DNA from: Actinomycetota bacterium
Lineage (GTDB): Bacteria; Actinomycetota; Aquicultoria; UBA3085; Oleimmundimicrobiaceae
Length of the DNA stretch: 53,958 bases
Assembly (NCBI GenBank): GCA_011046085.1
Contig: DSBK01000015.1
Span: 1 to 53,958 of the forward strand
Direction of reading: 5' to 3'
A model generated the notes under the pieces. The model ran no database searches, had not been told where the DNA came from, and saw nothing but the letters and a program-made list of their open reading frames with translations. The translations under genes and the position numbers were made by a program. Shown in pieces: positions 36,893-48,091 of this stretch (positions are counted from its first letter, which is position 1; every line of letters starts with the position of its first letter).

Positions 36893-39691
36893 ATGGATTA
36901 CAAAAAAACACTAAATCTTCCCAAAACAAATTTTTCAATGAAGGCGAACTTGGTTCAAAAGGAGCCTGAAATTCTAAAACACTGGGATGATATTGGGATT
37001 TATAAGTTGGTTAGCGACAAAACAGTCAATGGACCCAATTTTATCTTGCATGACGGTCCGCCATATGCAAATGGCGATATTCACTTAGGACACACTTTAA
37101 ATAAGGCTCTAAAGGATATTGTGGTTAGGTATAGAACTGCAAGGGGTTTCAATAGTCCGTTTGTTCCAGGTTGGGATTGTCACGGGCAACCAATTGAACA
37201 TAATATTGAAAAAAGTTTAGGTGCAAAAAAAGATGAAATTAATCAAGTTGAGCTAAGGAAATTATGTAGGGATTATGCTTTAAAATTTGTTTGTCGTCAA
37301 ACCGAGCAATTTAAAAGATTGGGAATCCGCGGAGATTTTAACAATCCGTATTTAACGCTTGAGCCACTTTACGAAGCAACAAATATTGAAGTTTTTGGTG
37401 AACTTTATAAGGAAGGATACGTTTATAGAGGAAGAAAGCCGATTCACTGGTGTTACCATTGCGAGACAGCCTTGGCAGAGGCGGAAATTGAATATGATGA
37501 CGAAAAATCTTCCTCAATTTATGTTAAGTTTCCGCTAAAGAGCAGTTTTGTCCCCCTAGATGGATATGATTTACCAAAATATTTTTTGATTTGGACGACA
37601 ACTCCCTGGACATTACCCGCGAATGTTGCGGTAGCTGTTCATCCTGACGTCGAATATGCAGCAATTGAAGCTGATGGTGAAATTTACGTACTAGCTCGAG
37701 ATTTAGTTGAGACTGTTTTTGTCGAAGCGGGAGTTTTAAATTTAAAGGTATTGAAAACGTTTAGGGGCGAGGAGCTGGGTGGTCTTGCTTGCATACATCC
37801 ATTTCAACCTTGGGAATCTGTTGTAATCTTGGCTGATTTTGTTGTTTTAGATACGGGTAGCGGGTGTGTTCATATTGCCCCAGGTCATGGTCAGGAAGAT
37901 TATCAAGCAGGTCTTAAATATAAACTGCCTGCACCTATGCCAGTTGATGGTAAAGGATTTTTTACTAAGCAGGCGGGCAAATATGCAGGACAACATATCG
38001 AAAAGGCAAATGAGGTCATAATAAAAGATTTGAAAGAAAATGGGTTTTTACTTCATGCATCTTCGATAACCCATGCCTATCCGCATTGTTGGCGTTGTAA
38101 AAATCCTGTAATTTTTCGTGCTACCGAACAGTGGTTTATTTCTATGGAAAATAATGGGCTACGCGAAAAAGCGCTTGAAGAAATTCGTAAGGTAAATTGG
38201 ATTCCGGCCTGGAGCGAGAAAAGAATAACCGGAATGGTGAGAGATAGACCCGATTGGTGCATTTCGCGACAGAGAGCGTGGGGGGTGCCGATTCCCGTGT
38301 TTTATTGCAGTTCCTGTGGGAAAGAAATTGTGACACCCGAATCGATAAAAGCTGTAGCTGAGCTTTTTAGAAAAGAGGGCGCAGATGCCTGGTTCGCAAA
38401 GTCGGCTGATCAAATTTTACCGGAAGGAATCGCTTGCCCAGACTGCAAAGGAGTACATTTTATAAAAGAAAACGACATATTGGATGTTTGGTTTGAATCT
38501 GGGGTTAGCCATCTTGCGATATTAAAAAATAGGCGAGGTTTGGCATGGCCCGCTCAGCTTTATCTCGAAGGAAGCGATCAACATCGTGGGTGGTTTCAGT
38601 CTTCGTTGCTTACCTCGATTGGTTTTGCTAAAAAAGCTCCATATGACTCTGTTCTTACGCATGGATTTTTAGTAGACGGAAATGGACGAAAGATGTCTAA
38701 GTCTTTAGGGAATGTTGTTGATCCATTGAAGGTTATTGAAAAGTATGGTGCGGATGTTCTGCGTTTATGGGTAATTTCTGGGGATTATGCTTCGGACATA
38801 GCGGTTTCTCAAGAAATTCTGGAAAGGATCTCGGAAGCATACCGAAGGATTCGGAATACTTTAAGATTTTTGATGGGCAATTTGTTTGATTATGAACCAG
38901 AAAAAGATGTAGTTGACCTCAAAGATATGGAAGAAATTGATAAATGGGCTCTTTGTCGATTACATAAACTGATTGAAACAGTAACAAGGGCATATGAAGA
39001 ATACAAATTTCACCTTGTCTATCACTCGATATATAATTTCTGTGTTACGGATTTGAGTTCTTTTTATCTCGACGTTTTGAAGGATCGACTCTATACATTT
39101 GCTGCTTCTTCCAGAGAGCGTAAGTCTTCTCAAACAGCTTTGTATGAAATATTGATGACTTTAATATCTCTTTTGTCCCCCGTCTTGGTTTTTACCGCAG
39201 AGGATGCTTGGATGAATTTGCACGAGAGCTTTAAAAGCGAGGCAAGTGTTCAGCTTGCCAAATGGCCTGAGGTAAATAAAAAATTTATCGACAATAAATT
39301 TGAAGAGAAATGGAATAATCTTTTAAAGATTAGAGTTGAGGTATTGAAAGCGCTAGAAGTTTCAAGAAATGATAAACTATTGGGGAATTCCCTTGAGGCA
39401 AATGTTGAACTTTACTGTGATGATGAGTTATATGAGTTTTTAAGCTCTTATATTGATATTTTGCCCATGTTGTTTATAGTTTCGCAAGTTAATCTCTTTA
39501 ATTTAATTGACGATATACCAAATAATGCTTTCAAGGGTGAGGAATTTCCAAAACTTGCAATCTCAGTATCTAAGGCACTGGGGAACAAGTGTGAAAGATG
39601 TTGGAATTATAAGGAAAGCGTAGGGGAAGACAAGAAATACTCCATGCTTTGTTCAAGATGTTTGGATGTAGTAAAAGGTTTCAGAGAGTAA
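36893..39691 (+). CDS. ileS: Isoleucyl-tRNA synthetase (type 1)
   Basis: DGPPYANG..HLGH, WTTTPWTLP, KMSKS, and C-terminal CERC...CSRC. Confidence 0.97.
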   Translation: MDYKKTLNLPKTNFSMKANLVQKEPEILKHWDDIGIYKLVSDKTVNGPNFILHDGPPYANGDIHLGHTLNKALKDIVVRYRTARGFNSPFVPGWDCHGQPIEHNIEKSLGAKKDEINQVELRKLCRDYALKFVCRQTEQFKRLGIRGDFNNPYLTLEPLYEATNIEVFGELYKEGYVYRGRKPIHWCYHCETALAEAEIEYDDEKSSSIYVKFPLKSSFVPLDGYDLPKYFLIWTTTPWTLPANVAVAVHPDVEYAAIEADGEIYVLARDLVETVFVEAGVLNLKVLKTFRGEELGGLACIHPFQPWESVVILADFVVLDTGSGCVHIAPGHGQEDYQAGLKYKLPAPMPVDGKGFFTKQAGKYAGQHIEKANEVIIKDLKENGFLLHASSITHAYPHCWRCKNPVIFRATEQWFISMENNGLREKALEEIRKVNWIPAWSEKRITGMVRDRPDWCISRQRAWGVPIPVFYCSSCGKEIVTPESIKAVAELFRKEGADAWFAKSADQILPEGIACPDCKGVHFIKENDILDVWFESGVSHLAILKNRRGLAWPAQLYLEGSDQHRGWFQSSLLTSIGFAKKAPYDSVLTHGFLVDGNGRKMSKSLGNVVDPLKVIEKYGADVLRLWVISGDYASDIAVSQEILERISEAYRRIRNTLRFLMGNLFDYEPEKDVVDLKDMEEIDKWALCRLHKLIETVTRAYEEYKFHLVYHSIYNFCVTDLSSFYLDVLKDRLYTFAASSRERKSSQTALYEILMTLISLLSPVLVFTAEDAWMNLHESFKSEASVQLAKWPEVNKKFIDNKFEEKWNNLLKIRVEVLKALEVSRNDKLLGNSLEANVELYCDDELYEFLSSYIDILPMLFIVSQVNLFNLIDDIPNNAFKGEEFPKLAISVSKALGNKCERCWNYKESVGEDKKYSMLCSRCLDVVKGFRE

Positions 39692-39800
39692 AGGGATAAT
39701 TTATTTTTATTAAATCGGGGTAGTACTATTTTTAGAAATTGTATATAATACTTAAAAGTATTTAACCAGCGAGAGTATCTTTAGTTAGGAGGAAATAGTT

Positions 39801-40172
39801 GTGGATGGCAAAAGGTTGTCATTATTAAAAGAGAAATTGATTAACGAGAAGAGTCGTCTGGAAGAGGAATTGAAAGAAATCGAGGAAGGGAATTTATCTC
39901 AAAACCAATCGGAAACAACCGGCGAAAATTCTTTTGAGGATAATTTTGCGGACAGTGGCACTGCAACTTTTGAAAGGGAAAAAGACCTTTCTTTGGAGCG
40001 GAATATAAAAGATTTACTTTCTAGGGTTAATAGCGCCCTCGAACGCGTAGAGAAGGAAACTTACGGGAAATGTGTTATGTGTAGCCAAGGCATAGACCCT
40101 GCTAGGTTAAAAGCCCTGCCTTATGCTGATCTTTGCATAGAGTGCAAAAAAAAGGAAGAAAAGAATTGGTAG
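39801..40172 (+). CDS. DksA/TraR C4-type zinc finger protein (YteA-like)
   Basis: ADSGTATFERE and YGKCVMC...RLKALP..LCIEC. Confidence 0.9.
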   Translation: MDGKRLSLLKEKLINEKSRLEEELKEIEEGNLSQNQSETTGENSFEDNFADSGTATFEREKDLSLERNIKDLLSRVNSALERVEKETYGKCVMCSQGIDPARLKALPYADLCIECKKKEEKNW

Positions 40173-40179
40173 GTTCCCT

Positions 40180-40656
40180 TTGAATAAACGGAGTTACGGT
40201 TTGTTTCTAACTTTCTTTGTAAGTGCGATAGTTTTTACAGACCAGTTAACAAAATTATTTGTTCGTAAGAACCTAGGTCTTGGGGAAAGTGTCCCGATAA
40301 TAAGAAATTTTTTAAATATAACACGAGTTCAAAATAGAGGTGCGGCTTTTGGTTTAATCCCAGATCAGCATCTCTTATTATTTTTTGTTACCGTTCTTGT
40401 TATTATTGTCATTTATTTTTGGGTTAGAAGGTTGACTCAAACATCGGTGCGAATTGCTCTTGGTCTAATATTGGGTGGCGCCATTGGAAACTTATTGGAT
40501 CGTATGTTTGTTGGGACCGTGACAGATTTTTTGGACTTTCATATTTGGCCAGTATTTAATGTTGCCGATTCTGCAATTGTGGTGGGGGCGGTTATTTTGG
40601 TTTGGGTTTCATTTTTTAGTCAGTCAAAGTATCTTAACAGTAAAGCTTTAGGATGA
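40180..40656 (+). CDS. lspA: Lipoprotein signal peptidase
   Basis: DQLTK, NRGAAFG, GNLLDR and FNVAD. Confidence 0.95.
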   Translation: MNKRSYGLFLTFFVSAIVFTDQLTKLFVRKNLGLGESVPIIRNFLNITRVQNRGAAFGLIPDQHLLLFFVTVLVIIVIYFWVRRLTQTSVRIALGLILGGAIGNLLDRMFVGTVTDFLDFHIWPVFNVADSAIVVGAVILVWVSFFSQSKYLNSKALG

Positions 40657-40660
40657 TTAT

Positions 40661-41404
40661 ATGCATCCCATTCTATTTAAGGTTGGACCAATCACCGTTT
40701 ATTCTTACGGATTTATTCTTGCCGTTGCTTTTCTGGTAAGTTTTTTCGTTGCTGCATTTGAAGCAAGACGTAAAGAAATAAGTGACGATGTTGTTTATGA
40801 CCTAATTTTAGCTGCAATAATAGGGGGAATCTTTGGAGCTCGTTTTTTTTATGTTGTGGCTAACTTTGATTATTTTTTCAAATTCCCATTGCAGATATTT
40901 GTTATCCAGGAAGGTTTAGTTTTTTATGGTGGATTGACGGGGGGCATCATTGCGGTTTTACTTGTTTCCCTGCGAAAAAAAATTCCTGTGTGCAAAGTGG
41001 CGGACATATCGGCTCCGTGTTTAGCGCTTGGGGGGGCAATTGGACGCATCGGTTGTTTGTTGAATGGTTGTTGTTACGGAAAACCCTCCAATCTATTTTG
41101 GGCCATCAAACTTCCACATCTTTCATACCACCGTCATCCAACCCAAGTTTACGATCTTTTATATAACTTGCTTATTTTCGGAATAATTTGGAGAACGCGA
41201 AAACGAATTGACAGAGATGGGATAATTTTCTGGGTGTACCTCTTTCTTTATTCAATCGGGCGTTTTTTTGTTGAGTTTTTCCGCGTTTCAAGAGTTGTTT
41301 TGCTTGGTTTAACTGGCGCACAGCTTATCAGCGTCTGCATTTTTATAATTTCTTCAATTGTTTTGTTCAAAAAATATACCTATTTTTCTTCCAGTAAATC
41401 CTGA
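40661..41404 (+). CDS. lgt: Prolipoprotein diacylglyceryl transferase
   Basis: GARFFYV, GRIGCLLNGCCYG, HPTQVY and RFFVEFFR. Confidence 0.93.
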   Translation: MHPILFKVGPITVYSYGFILAVAFLVSFFVAAFEARRKEISDDVVYDLILAAIIGGIFGARFFYVVANFDYFFKFPLQIFVIQEGLVFYGGLTGGIIAVLLVSLRKKIPVCKVADISAPCLALGGAIGRIGCLLNGCCYGKPSNLFWAIKLPHLSYHRHPTQVYDLLYNLLIFGIIWRTRKRIDRDGIIFWVYLFLYSIGRFFVEFFRVSRVVLLGLTGAQLISVCIFIISSIVLFKKYTYFSSSKS

Positions 41405-41423
41405 TTTAGGAGATTAATTTTGA

Positions 41424-42353
41424 ATGGGTGTTAAAAAATTTAACCTTGAAATTACCATCAACGATGAAGGAAAGAGATTGGATTCGTTTCTCGCACTTTA
41501 CGAAGCGATTCCATCGCGCTCTTTTGCTCAGAATTTAATTCAGAAGGGCTTTGTTAAAGTTAATGATAAGTTGACGTCAAAAAATCATCGATTGAACAAG
41601 GGTGAAATTGTTTCATTTGAGATACCACCACCTGAGTTGTCTTCGATGGTTCCCGAGAAGATCTCTTTAAATATAAAATATGAGGATAAAGATATAATAG
41701 TTATCTCAAAGCCCGCCGGATTGGTTGTTCATCCATCGCATGGTCACCCGGGGGGCACCCTGGTCAATGCGTTGCTTGCTCATACTAGAGATTTATCGGG
41801 GATTGGGGGGGTACTTAGACCAGGCATTATTCATAGATTGGACAAAAATACCTCTGGACTAATAATAGTTGCCAAAAACGATAGATCGCACAGAATTCTT
41901 TCTGATGGGTTGAAAAATATGAAGATAAAACGTTTTTATCTTGCTCTTGTTCATGGTGTTTTGGATATTGATTCAGGGACAATTGATGCTCCTGTTGGAA
42001 GAAGCTCAAAAGCAAGAAAAAAGATGTCGGTGACAGAAAGGCGGAGTAAAAGGGCAATAACAACATTTAAGGTAAAGATGAGGTTTAGTGACTATACTTT
42101 GCTCGAAGTTAAACTGGAGACGGGTAGGACTCATCAGATTCGTGTTCACATGGAATATATAAATCATCCAGTGGCTGGAGATCCGGAATATGGATATAAA
42201 AAAAATAAAAAAACCCTGGGGCTTACAAGGCAATTTCTACATGCTTACAAACTCGAATTTTCCCATCCTCTAAGCGGGGAAAAACTGGTTTTTGAGGATG
42301 AGCTTCCTGGTGAGCTTCGGCAGGTTTTGAGTTCCTTAGACCAACATGCTTAA
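41424..42353 (+). CDS. rluD: RluA/RluD-family pseudouridine synthase
   Basis: S4 domain, KPAGLVVHP, HRLDKNTSG and GRTHQIRVH. Confidence 0.9.
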   Translation: MGVKKFNLEITINDEGKRLDSFLALYEAIPSRSFAQNLIQKGFVKVNDKLTSKNHRLNKGEIVSFEIPPPELSSMVPEKISLNIKYEDKDIIVISKPAGLVVHPSHGHPGGTLVNALLAHTRDLSGIGGVLRPGIIHRLDKNTSGLIIVAKNDRSHRILSDGLKNMKIKRFYLALVHGVLDIDSGTIDAPVGRSSKARKKMSVTERRSKRAITTFKVKMRFSDYTLLEVKLETGRTHQIRVHMEYINHPVAGDPEYGYKKNKKTLGLTRQFLHAYKLEFSHPLSGEKLVFEDELPGELRQVLSSLDQHA

Positions 42354-42363
42354 GTCAGATACT

Positions 42364-43500
42364 TTAGTCGTTTCTGTTGTCTACTCTCTTTGAATTAAGT
42401 CTGTAAGATATGTTTTTTAATTTCCTGATTGACTCAATAGATTTTTTTACTTCTTCACCCAGTGAGTTGTTTTTTAAAAGTTGATTTAAGCAGGCGATGT
42501 TGATTTGCAAAATTTCGTTCCAAAGGCCTAGGGGTTCTAATATTTCTTTCAATTCATTGGTATCATAGTCATAGTTTGGTATTTCGGTTCTAGTAATAAG
42601 GTTTTTTTCTGAAAAAATTCGTTTCAAATCTTTTTCTTCGAAATATTTATAAATTAAATTTTCAAGTCCGCTTAAATGATTTTTGGCTATTTTTATTTCT
42701 TCTTTCAGCTCGGAATATTCATCGATTATTTTCTCAATTTCGGTGGGCTTTTCTTTTTCAAACTTGTCTTTAAAGAATGGGCAATGTGCCTGAAAGTCGC
42801 ACCAAGGGCATAGGGCATTTTCGGTTGGTTCAAAATTTTCTTTGTTAATGCTTTCGGCGGTTTTTGCTATTAACCTATTAGTTTTTATAACGTCATCGTC
42901 ATTTCTGGCGGTGCTCATCTTTATACCTGGAACAACAAAATAAAAGGTGAGCATCTCTGGCTCAATCGACCAGATTTTTTTCGCGGCAAGATAATAAATG
43001 GAAAGCTGCAAATCTTGGTCAATTTTGGATTGGGAAGGAAGTTTCCGACTAGTTTTATAATCAATTATTTCCAAGCTGCCACTTTCGGTCTTTTCGACTT
43101 TATCAATGATGCCCGTTAAGATACAAGGTTTAATTGAGGGCAAATTTACGTCAAGCTCGATACTAAATTTGTGCTCCAGGGCAATGGGTAATGAAAACTT
43201 CTCAAAATTGGAATCGTAAAAATTCTTAAGGACTTTTTCGGCGTATTCCTGATAGGTCTTCTCCTCCGCTTTGCTTGAATAACCCGCAGAAGACCATTTT
43301 TTTTGAAGCGAGGATAAAATGTTTTCAAAGGAAGGCGGATTAGGTGTTGGAACATTGTAAAAATCATACAGCGCCGTGTGAATAGCACGCCCAAAACTTA
43401 AAGCAGGAGTTTTTTTACGTGGAAGTTTGTCCACGTAGGCGAATTTGTATGAGAGTGGGCAATTTTGATATGTTGAAATTGAAGAGTAACTTAGCATCAT
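42364..43500 (-). CDS. PD-(D/E)XK nuclease, RecB/AddB/Cas4-like, with a probable 4Fe-4S staple
   Basis: LSYSSI..YQNCP, GIIDKV, IIDYKT, QLSIY and CPWCDFQAHC. Confidence 0.88.
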   Translation of the reverse strand: MMLSYSSISTYQNCPLSYKFAYVDKLPRKKTPALSFGRAIHTALYDFYNVPTPNPPSFENILSSLQKKWSSAGYSSKAEEKTYQEYAEKVLKNFYDSNFEKFSLPIALEHKFSIELDVNLPSIKPCILTGIIDKVEKTESGSLEIIDYKTSRKLPSQSKIDQDLQLSIYYLAAKKIWSIEPEMLTFYFVVPGIKMSTARNDDDVIKTNRLIAKTAESINKENFEPTENALCPWCDFQAHCPFFKDKFEKEKPTEIEKIIDEYSELKEEIKIAKNHLSGLENLIYKYFEEKDLKRIFSEKNLITRTEIPNYDYDTNELKEILEPLGLWNEILQINIACLNQLLKNNSLGEEVKKSIESIRKLKNISYRLNSKRVDNRND

Positions 43501-43520
43501 TTTTCATCCCTCCTAAATAG

Positions 43521-43548
43521 AGTATACAGAACATGTGTTCGATGTCAA
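43521..43548 (-). promoter_or_regulatory. Promoter with an embedded LexA (SOS/Cheo) box
   Basis: Minus strand TTGACA-TCGAACACATGTTCTG-TATACT; GAAC-N4-GTTC at 43529-43540. Confidence 0.8.
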
Positions 43549-43597
43549 ATTTATTTATTTGATTCATCTTATTTTTTATTATCTAGTTTTGAGTTTG

Positions 43598-43626
43598 TTG
43601 CCTCGTTTATCTTGTTGTGCTAAACT
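43598..43626 (+). promoter_or_regulatory. rpsB promoter
   Basis: TTGCCT-N17-TAAACT with an extended TG. Confidence 0.65.
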
Positions 43627-43640
43627 GTTCACGCTTTATA

Positions 43641-43714
43641 ACACACGTTAGCGGACTTCTTTATGGGTTCCCAGATGGGTCTAAAGAAGGTTGAAGTTGA
43701 CGGAGGAAAAAACC
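43641..43714 (+). promoter_or_regulatory. rpsB (S2) autoregulatory leader
   Basis: ACACAC start, long hairpin CTTCTTTA...TAAAGAAG, and GGAGG...AAACC end, as in S2 leaders. Confidence 0.65.
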
Positions 43715-43736
43715 TAGCAGGAGAGGAGGTGAGAGT

Positions 43737-44471
43737 GTGGCGGTAGTTTCAATGAAGAATTTGCTCGAAGCCGGCGTTCATTTTGGTCATCAAAGGCGAC
43801 GCTGGAATCCCAAGATGAAGCCATACATCTTCACCGAGAGAAATGATATTTATATCATTGATTTACAACAGACGCTTGCTTTGATCGAGTCAACATATTC
43901 TCTTGTTAGGGATACTGTTGCAGGTGGTGGGTCAATTCTTTTTGTGGGTACAAAAAAGCAGGCCCAAGAGGCAGTTAAGAAGGAAGCAATGCGATGCGGA
44001 ATGCCGTATGTTAATTATCGTTGGTTGGGCGGCATGTTAACCAACTTTAAAACTATAGCCAAGCGAGTGGATTACTTAAAAAAGCTGGAAGAAATGAACG
44101 GAAATGGCATGATGGGAAAATTGCCAAAAAAAGAAGTTATAAATCTTGGTAAAGAAATGGAGAAACTAGACAGGAATCTTGATGGAATTAGAAACATGAC
44201 CAAGCTGCCTGATCTTGTATTTGTGATCGATACAAAAAGAGAGCAAATTGCCATGAAAGAAGCAAGAAGGCTTGAGATTCCCATAATAGGGGTAGTTGAT
44301 ACAAACGCTGATCCGGATGAGGTTGATTACATAATCCCTGCGAATGATGATGCGATTAGAGCGGTGGCATTGTTGAGTAAAGTTATGGCTGATGCATGTC
44401 TGGATGGTATCGGAAGAAGGATGCCCATCGAGGAAGCGGTTGTAGAAGAAATCGAGTTAGAACACGCATAG
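43737..44471 (+). CDS. rpsB: 30S ribosomal protein S2
   Basis: [19 protein letters not shown] and PANDDAIR. Confidence 0.98.
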   Translation: MAVVSMKNLLEAGVHFGHQRRRWNPKMKPYIFTERNDIYIIDLQQTLALIESTYSLVRDTVAGGGSILFVGTKKQAQEAVKKEAMRCGMPYVNYRWLGGMLTNFKTIAKRVDYLKKLEEMNGNGMMGKLPKKEVINLGKEMEKLDRNLDGIRNMTKLPDLVFVIDTKREQIAMKEARRLEIPIIGVVDTNADPDEVDYIIPANDDAIRAVALLSKVMADACLDGIGRRMPIEEAVVEEIELEHA

Positions 44472-44478
44472 ATTTAAA

Positions 44479-44508
44479 ATTACAGCGAGCCCTTTGGCTC
44501 GCTGTAAT
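44479..44508. terminator. Hairpin between rpsB and tsf
   Basis: Perfect 13-bp stem ATTACAGCGAGCC-CTTT-GGCTCGCTGTAAT. Confidence 0.6.
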
Positions 44509-44540
44509 AAAAACTTTTAAATTAGGAGGCATAAAAATAA

Positions 44541-45143
44541 ATGACAGTGAGCGCTGCCCAAGTGAAAAAGCTTAGGGACTCTACCGGGGCAGGTATGATG
44601 GATTGCAAATCAGCGTTGGTTGATGCCAAGGGAGATATCGAAAAAGCTATTGAAATTCTACGCAAAAAAGGAGCCGCCACCCTAAGTAAAAAAGCGGGAA
44701 GAGTTGCAAATGAAGGGATAATTAGCTCTTATATTCACGCGGGGAACAAGCTAGGCGTATTATTGGAAGTTAATTGTGAAACTGATTTTGTGGCTCGCAA
44801 TGAGGATTTTAAAATTTTTGCCCATGATATAGCCATGCACATAGCCGCATCAAGTCCAATATGGATTTCAAGAGACCAAGTGCCACCCGGAATAACAGAG
44901 AAAGAGAAAGAGATATACAAAGAGCAAGCTCTTAATGAAGGAAAACCCGAGGGAATAGTTGATAAAATAGCCGAGGGAAAGATGGAGAAATTTTATGAGA
45001 GAACATGTCTGCTAGAGCAACCTTTTGTAAAAAATCAAGATTTAACAATCAGGGAGTATCTTGCCGAGATTGTTGGCAAAATAGGAGAAAATATAGTCAT
45101 TGAGCGCTTTACAAGATATTTAATTGGTGAAGAGAATGACTGA
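44541..45143 (+). CDS. tsf: Elongation factor Ts (short form)
   Basis: TGAGMMDCK and EVNCETDFVA. Confidence 0.97.
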   Translation: MTVSAAQVKKLRDSTGAGMMDCKSALVDAKGDIEKAIEILRKKGAATLSKKAGRVANEGIISSYIHAGNKLGVLLEVNCETDFVARNEDFKIFAHDIAMHIAASSPIWISRDQVPPGITEKEKEIYKEQALNEGKPEGIVDKIAEGKMEKFYERTCLLEQPFVKNQDLTIREYLAEIVGKIGENIVIERFTRYLIGEEND

Positions 45144-45174
45144 TTATAAAAAAGTGTCGGTGAAAGGAATCTAA

Positions 45175-46456
<1,282 letters not shown>

Positions 46457-46485
46457 AATATTCGCAGAGGAGCATTTTAAGCGCG

Positions 46486-47280
46486 ATGAATAGTATTGGA
46501 AAATTTTTAAAAAGTCTTCGTTGTTCGTTTTTGAATGAGAGCGAAGACTTTTTTTTAAAACATATAGACAAAAGCAAGTTACCAGCTCACGTTGCCATCA
46601 TTATGGATGGGAATGGTCGTTGGGCAAAGAAAAGAGGGTTTTCGAGGATTGTCGGCCACAAGGTGGGTACGGAAACTGTTAGAAAAGTTGTAAAAATTGC
46701 CGCGGAATTGGGAGTCAGATATTTAACGCTTTATGCTTTTTCGGTGGAGAACTGGCAAAGGCCAAAAGGTGAAATTTCGGCTCTCATGGATCTTTTTGAA
46801 GAGATGTTAAATAAGGAGATAGATGAGCTCAATAAGAATGATGTTAGGATCATGTTTATCGGGAGTTTAAGTGAACTTTCCCACGGTTTGCAAGCGAGCA
46901 TAAACAATGCGTCGAAGCGTACTGCAAAAAATACGGGGTTGACTTTGACGATTGGCATTAACTACGGAGGAAGAACAGAGATTGTAGATTGCATGAAACA
47001 AATTGCCAGAGAAATTGAAGAAAAAAGATTAAGCTCAAGGGAGATTGATGAGAAAATTATCACTAAAAATTTATATATGTCGGGGATACCTGACCCCGAT
47101 CTTTTGATTAGGACAAGCGGAGAATATAGAGTGAGTAATTTTTTATTATGGGAGATAGCGTATTCTGAAATTTGGATAACTTCGGTTTTATGGCCAGATT
47201 TCAAGAGAAAGGACTTTTTAAAAGCCATATATGATTTTCAAAGAAGAAAAAGACGTTTTGGTGGTCTGGAAGAAGATTAA
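46486..47280 (+). CDS. uppS: Undecaprenyl diphosphate synthase
   Basis: HVAIIMDGNGRWA, AFSVENW and IRTSGE. Confidence 0.96.
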   Translation: MNSIGKFLKSLRCSFLNESEDFFLKHIDKSKLPAHVAIIMDGNGRWAKKRGFSRIVGHKVGTETVRKVVKIAAELGVRYLTLYAFSVENWQRPKGEISALMDLFEEMLNKEIDELNKNDVRIMFIGSLSELSHGLQASINNASKRTAKNTGLTLTIGINYGGRTEIVDCMKQIAREIEEKRLSSREIDEKIITKNLYMSGIPDPDLLIRTSGEYRVSNFLLWEIAYSEIWITSVLWPDFKRKDFLKAIYDFQRRKRRFGGLEED

Positions 47281-47298
47281 TCTTTTAGTGGAGGAAGA

Positions 47299-48090
47299 GT
47301 GCTTAAAGAGAGGGCAATAACAACAATGGTGGGTGTTCCAATATTATTATTGTTTTTGTTTTTGGGAAAAACCTTCTTTTTTTTACTTGTAACCGTGATT
47401 ATCATTTTGGGCTTATTAGAATTCTCTTGCCTTTTTAAAGGGTTTGAAGTGAAAATTGATACATTTCTACTTTTGCTTGCTGGGATAATTTTTTGTGTTA
47501 CCGTATATCTATACGGAATAAAAGGTCTTCGCCCTGCGTTCTTAATCTTGCTTTTTATTACCGTTATAAAAATGATTTTTTCAGGGGGTCGCTTTTCTAT
47601 CAAAAGTATCGCTTTAACCGTATTTGGTTCGATGTATATTGGCCTTTCGCTTAGTCATTTAATTTTAATTCGTGAGATTAATGTATTTGGCTCCCTGTTT
47701 GTCCTGGCCGTTTTTTTGGGAACATGGATTTTTGATATCTCTGCATATACTCTGGGTTTGATGTTTGGAAAAAGAAAACTTGCTCCCAAAATTAGTCCCA
47801 ACAAAACGTGGGAAGGTACGATAGGCGGTTTTATAATTACAACTATATTGGTTGGTTGCTTTTGGTTTATTTCTCCCTTAACTTTTTTCGAGAGAGCATT
47901 ATTGGGCGCCGTGATTGCAATTTTTTGTCAAGTTGGCGATCTTTTTGAATCGAAAATAAAACGAGAGGTAGGCGTCAAAGATAGTGGTGCTATTCTCCCG
48001 GGGCATGGAGGAATATTGGATAGATTTGACAGTCTCATATTCTCTGCTCCCGGTGCTTTTTATTTTATAAAAATGCTACTATTAAAATAA
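47299..48090 (+). CDS. cdsA: Phosphatidate cytidylyltransferase
   Basis: ISPNKTWEG, GDLFESKIKR and PGHGGILDRFDS. Confidence 0.95.
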   Translation: MLKERAITTMVGVPILLLFLFLGKTFFFLLVTVIIILGLLEFSCLFKGFEVKIDTFLLLLAGIIFCVTVYLYGIKGLRPAFLILLFITVIKMIFSGGRFSIKSIALTVFGSMYIGLSLSHLILIREINVFGSLFVLAVFLGTWIFDISAYTLGLMFGKRKLAPKISPNKTWEGTIGGFIITTILVGCFWFISPLTFFERALLGAVIAIFCQVGDLFESKIKREVGVKDSGAILPGHGGILDRFDSLIFSAPGAFYFIKMLLLK

Positions 48091-48091
48091 T

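Noticed and set aside
42364-43500. CRISPR-associated Cas4
   Set aside because: No array or other cas genes nearby; better explained as a solo RecB-family nuclease.
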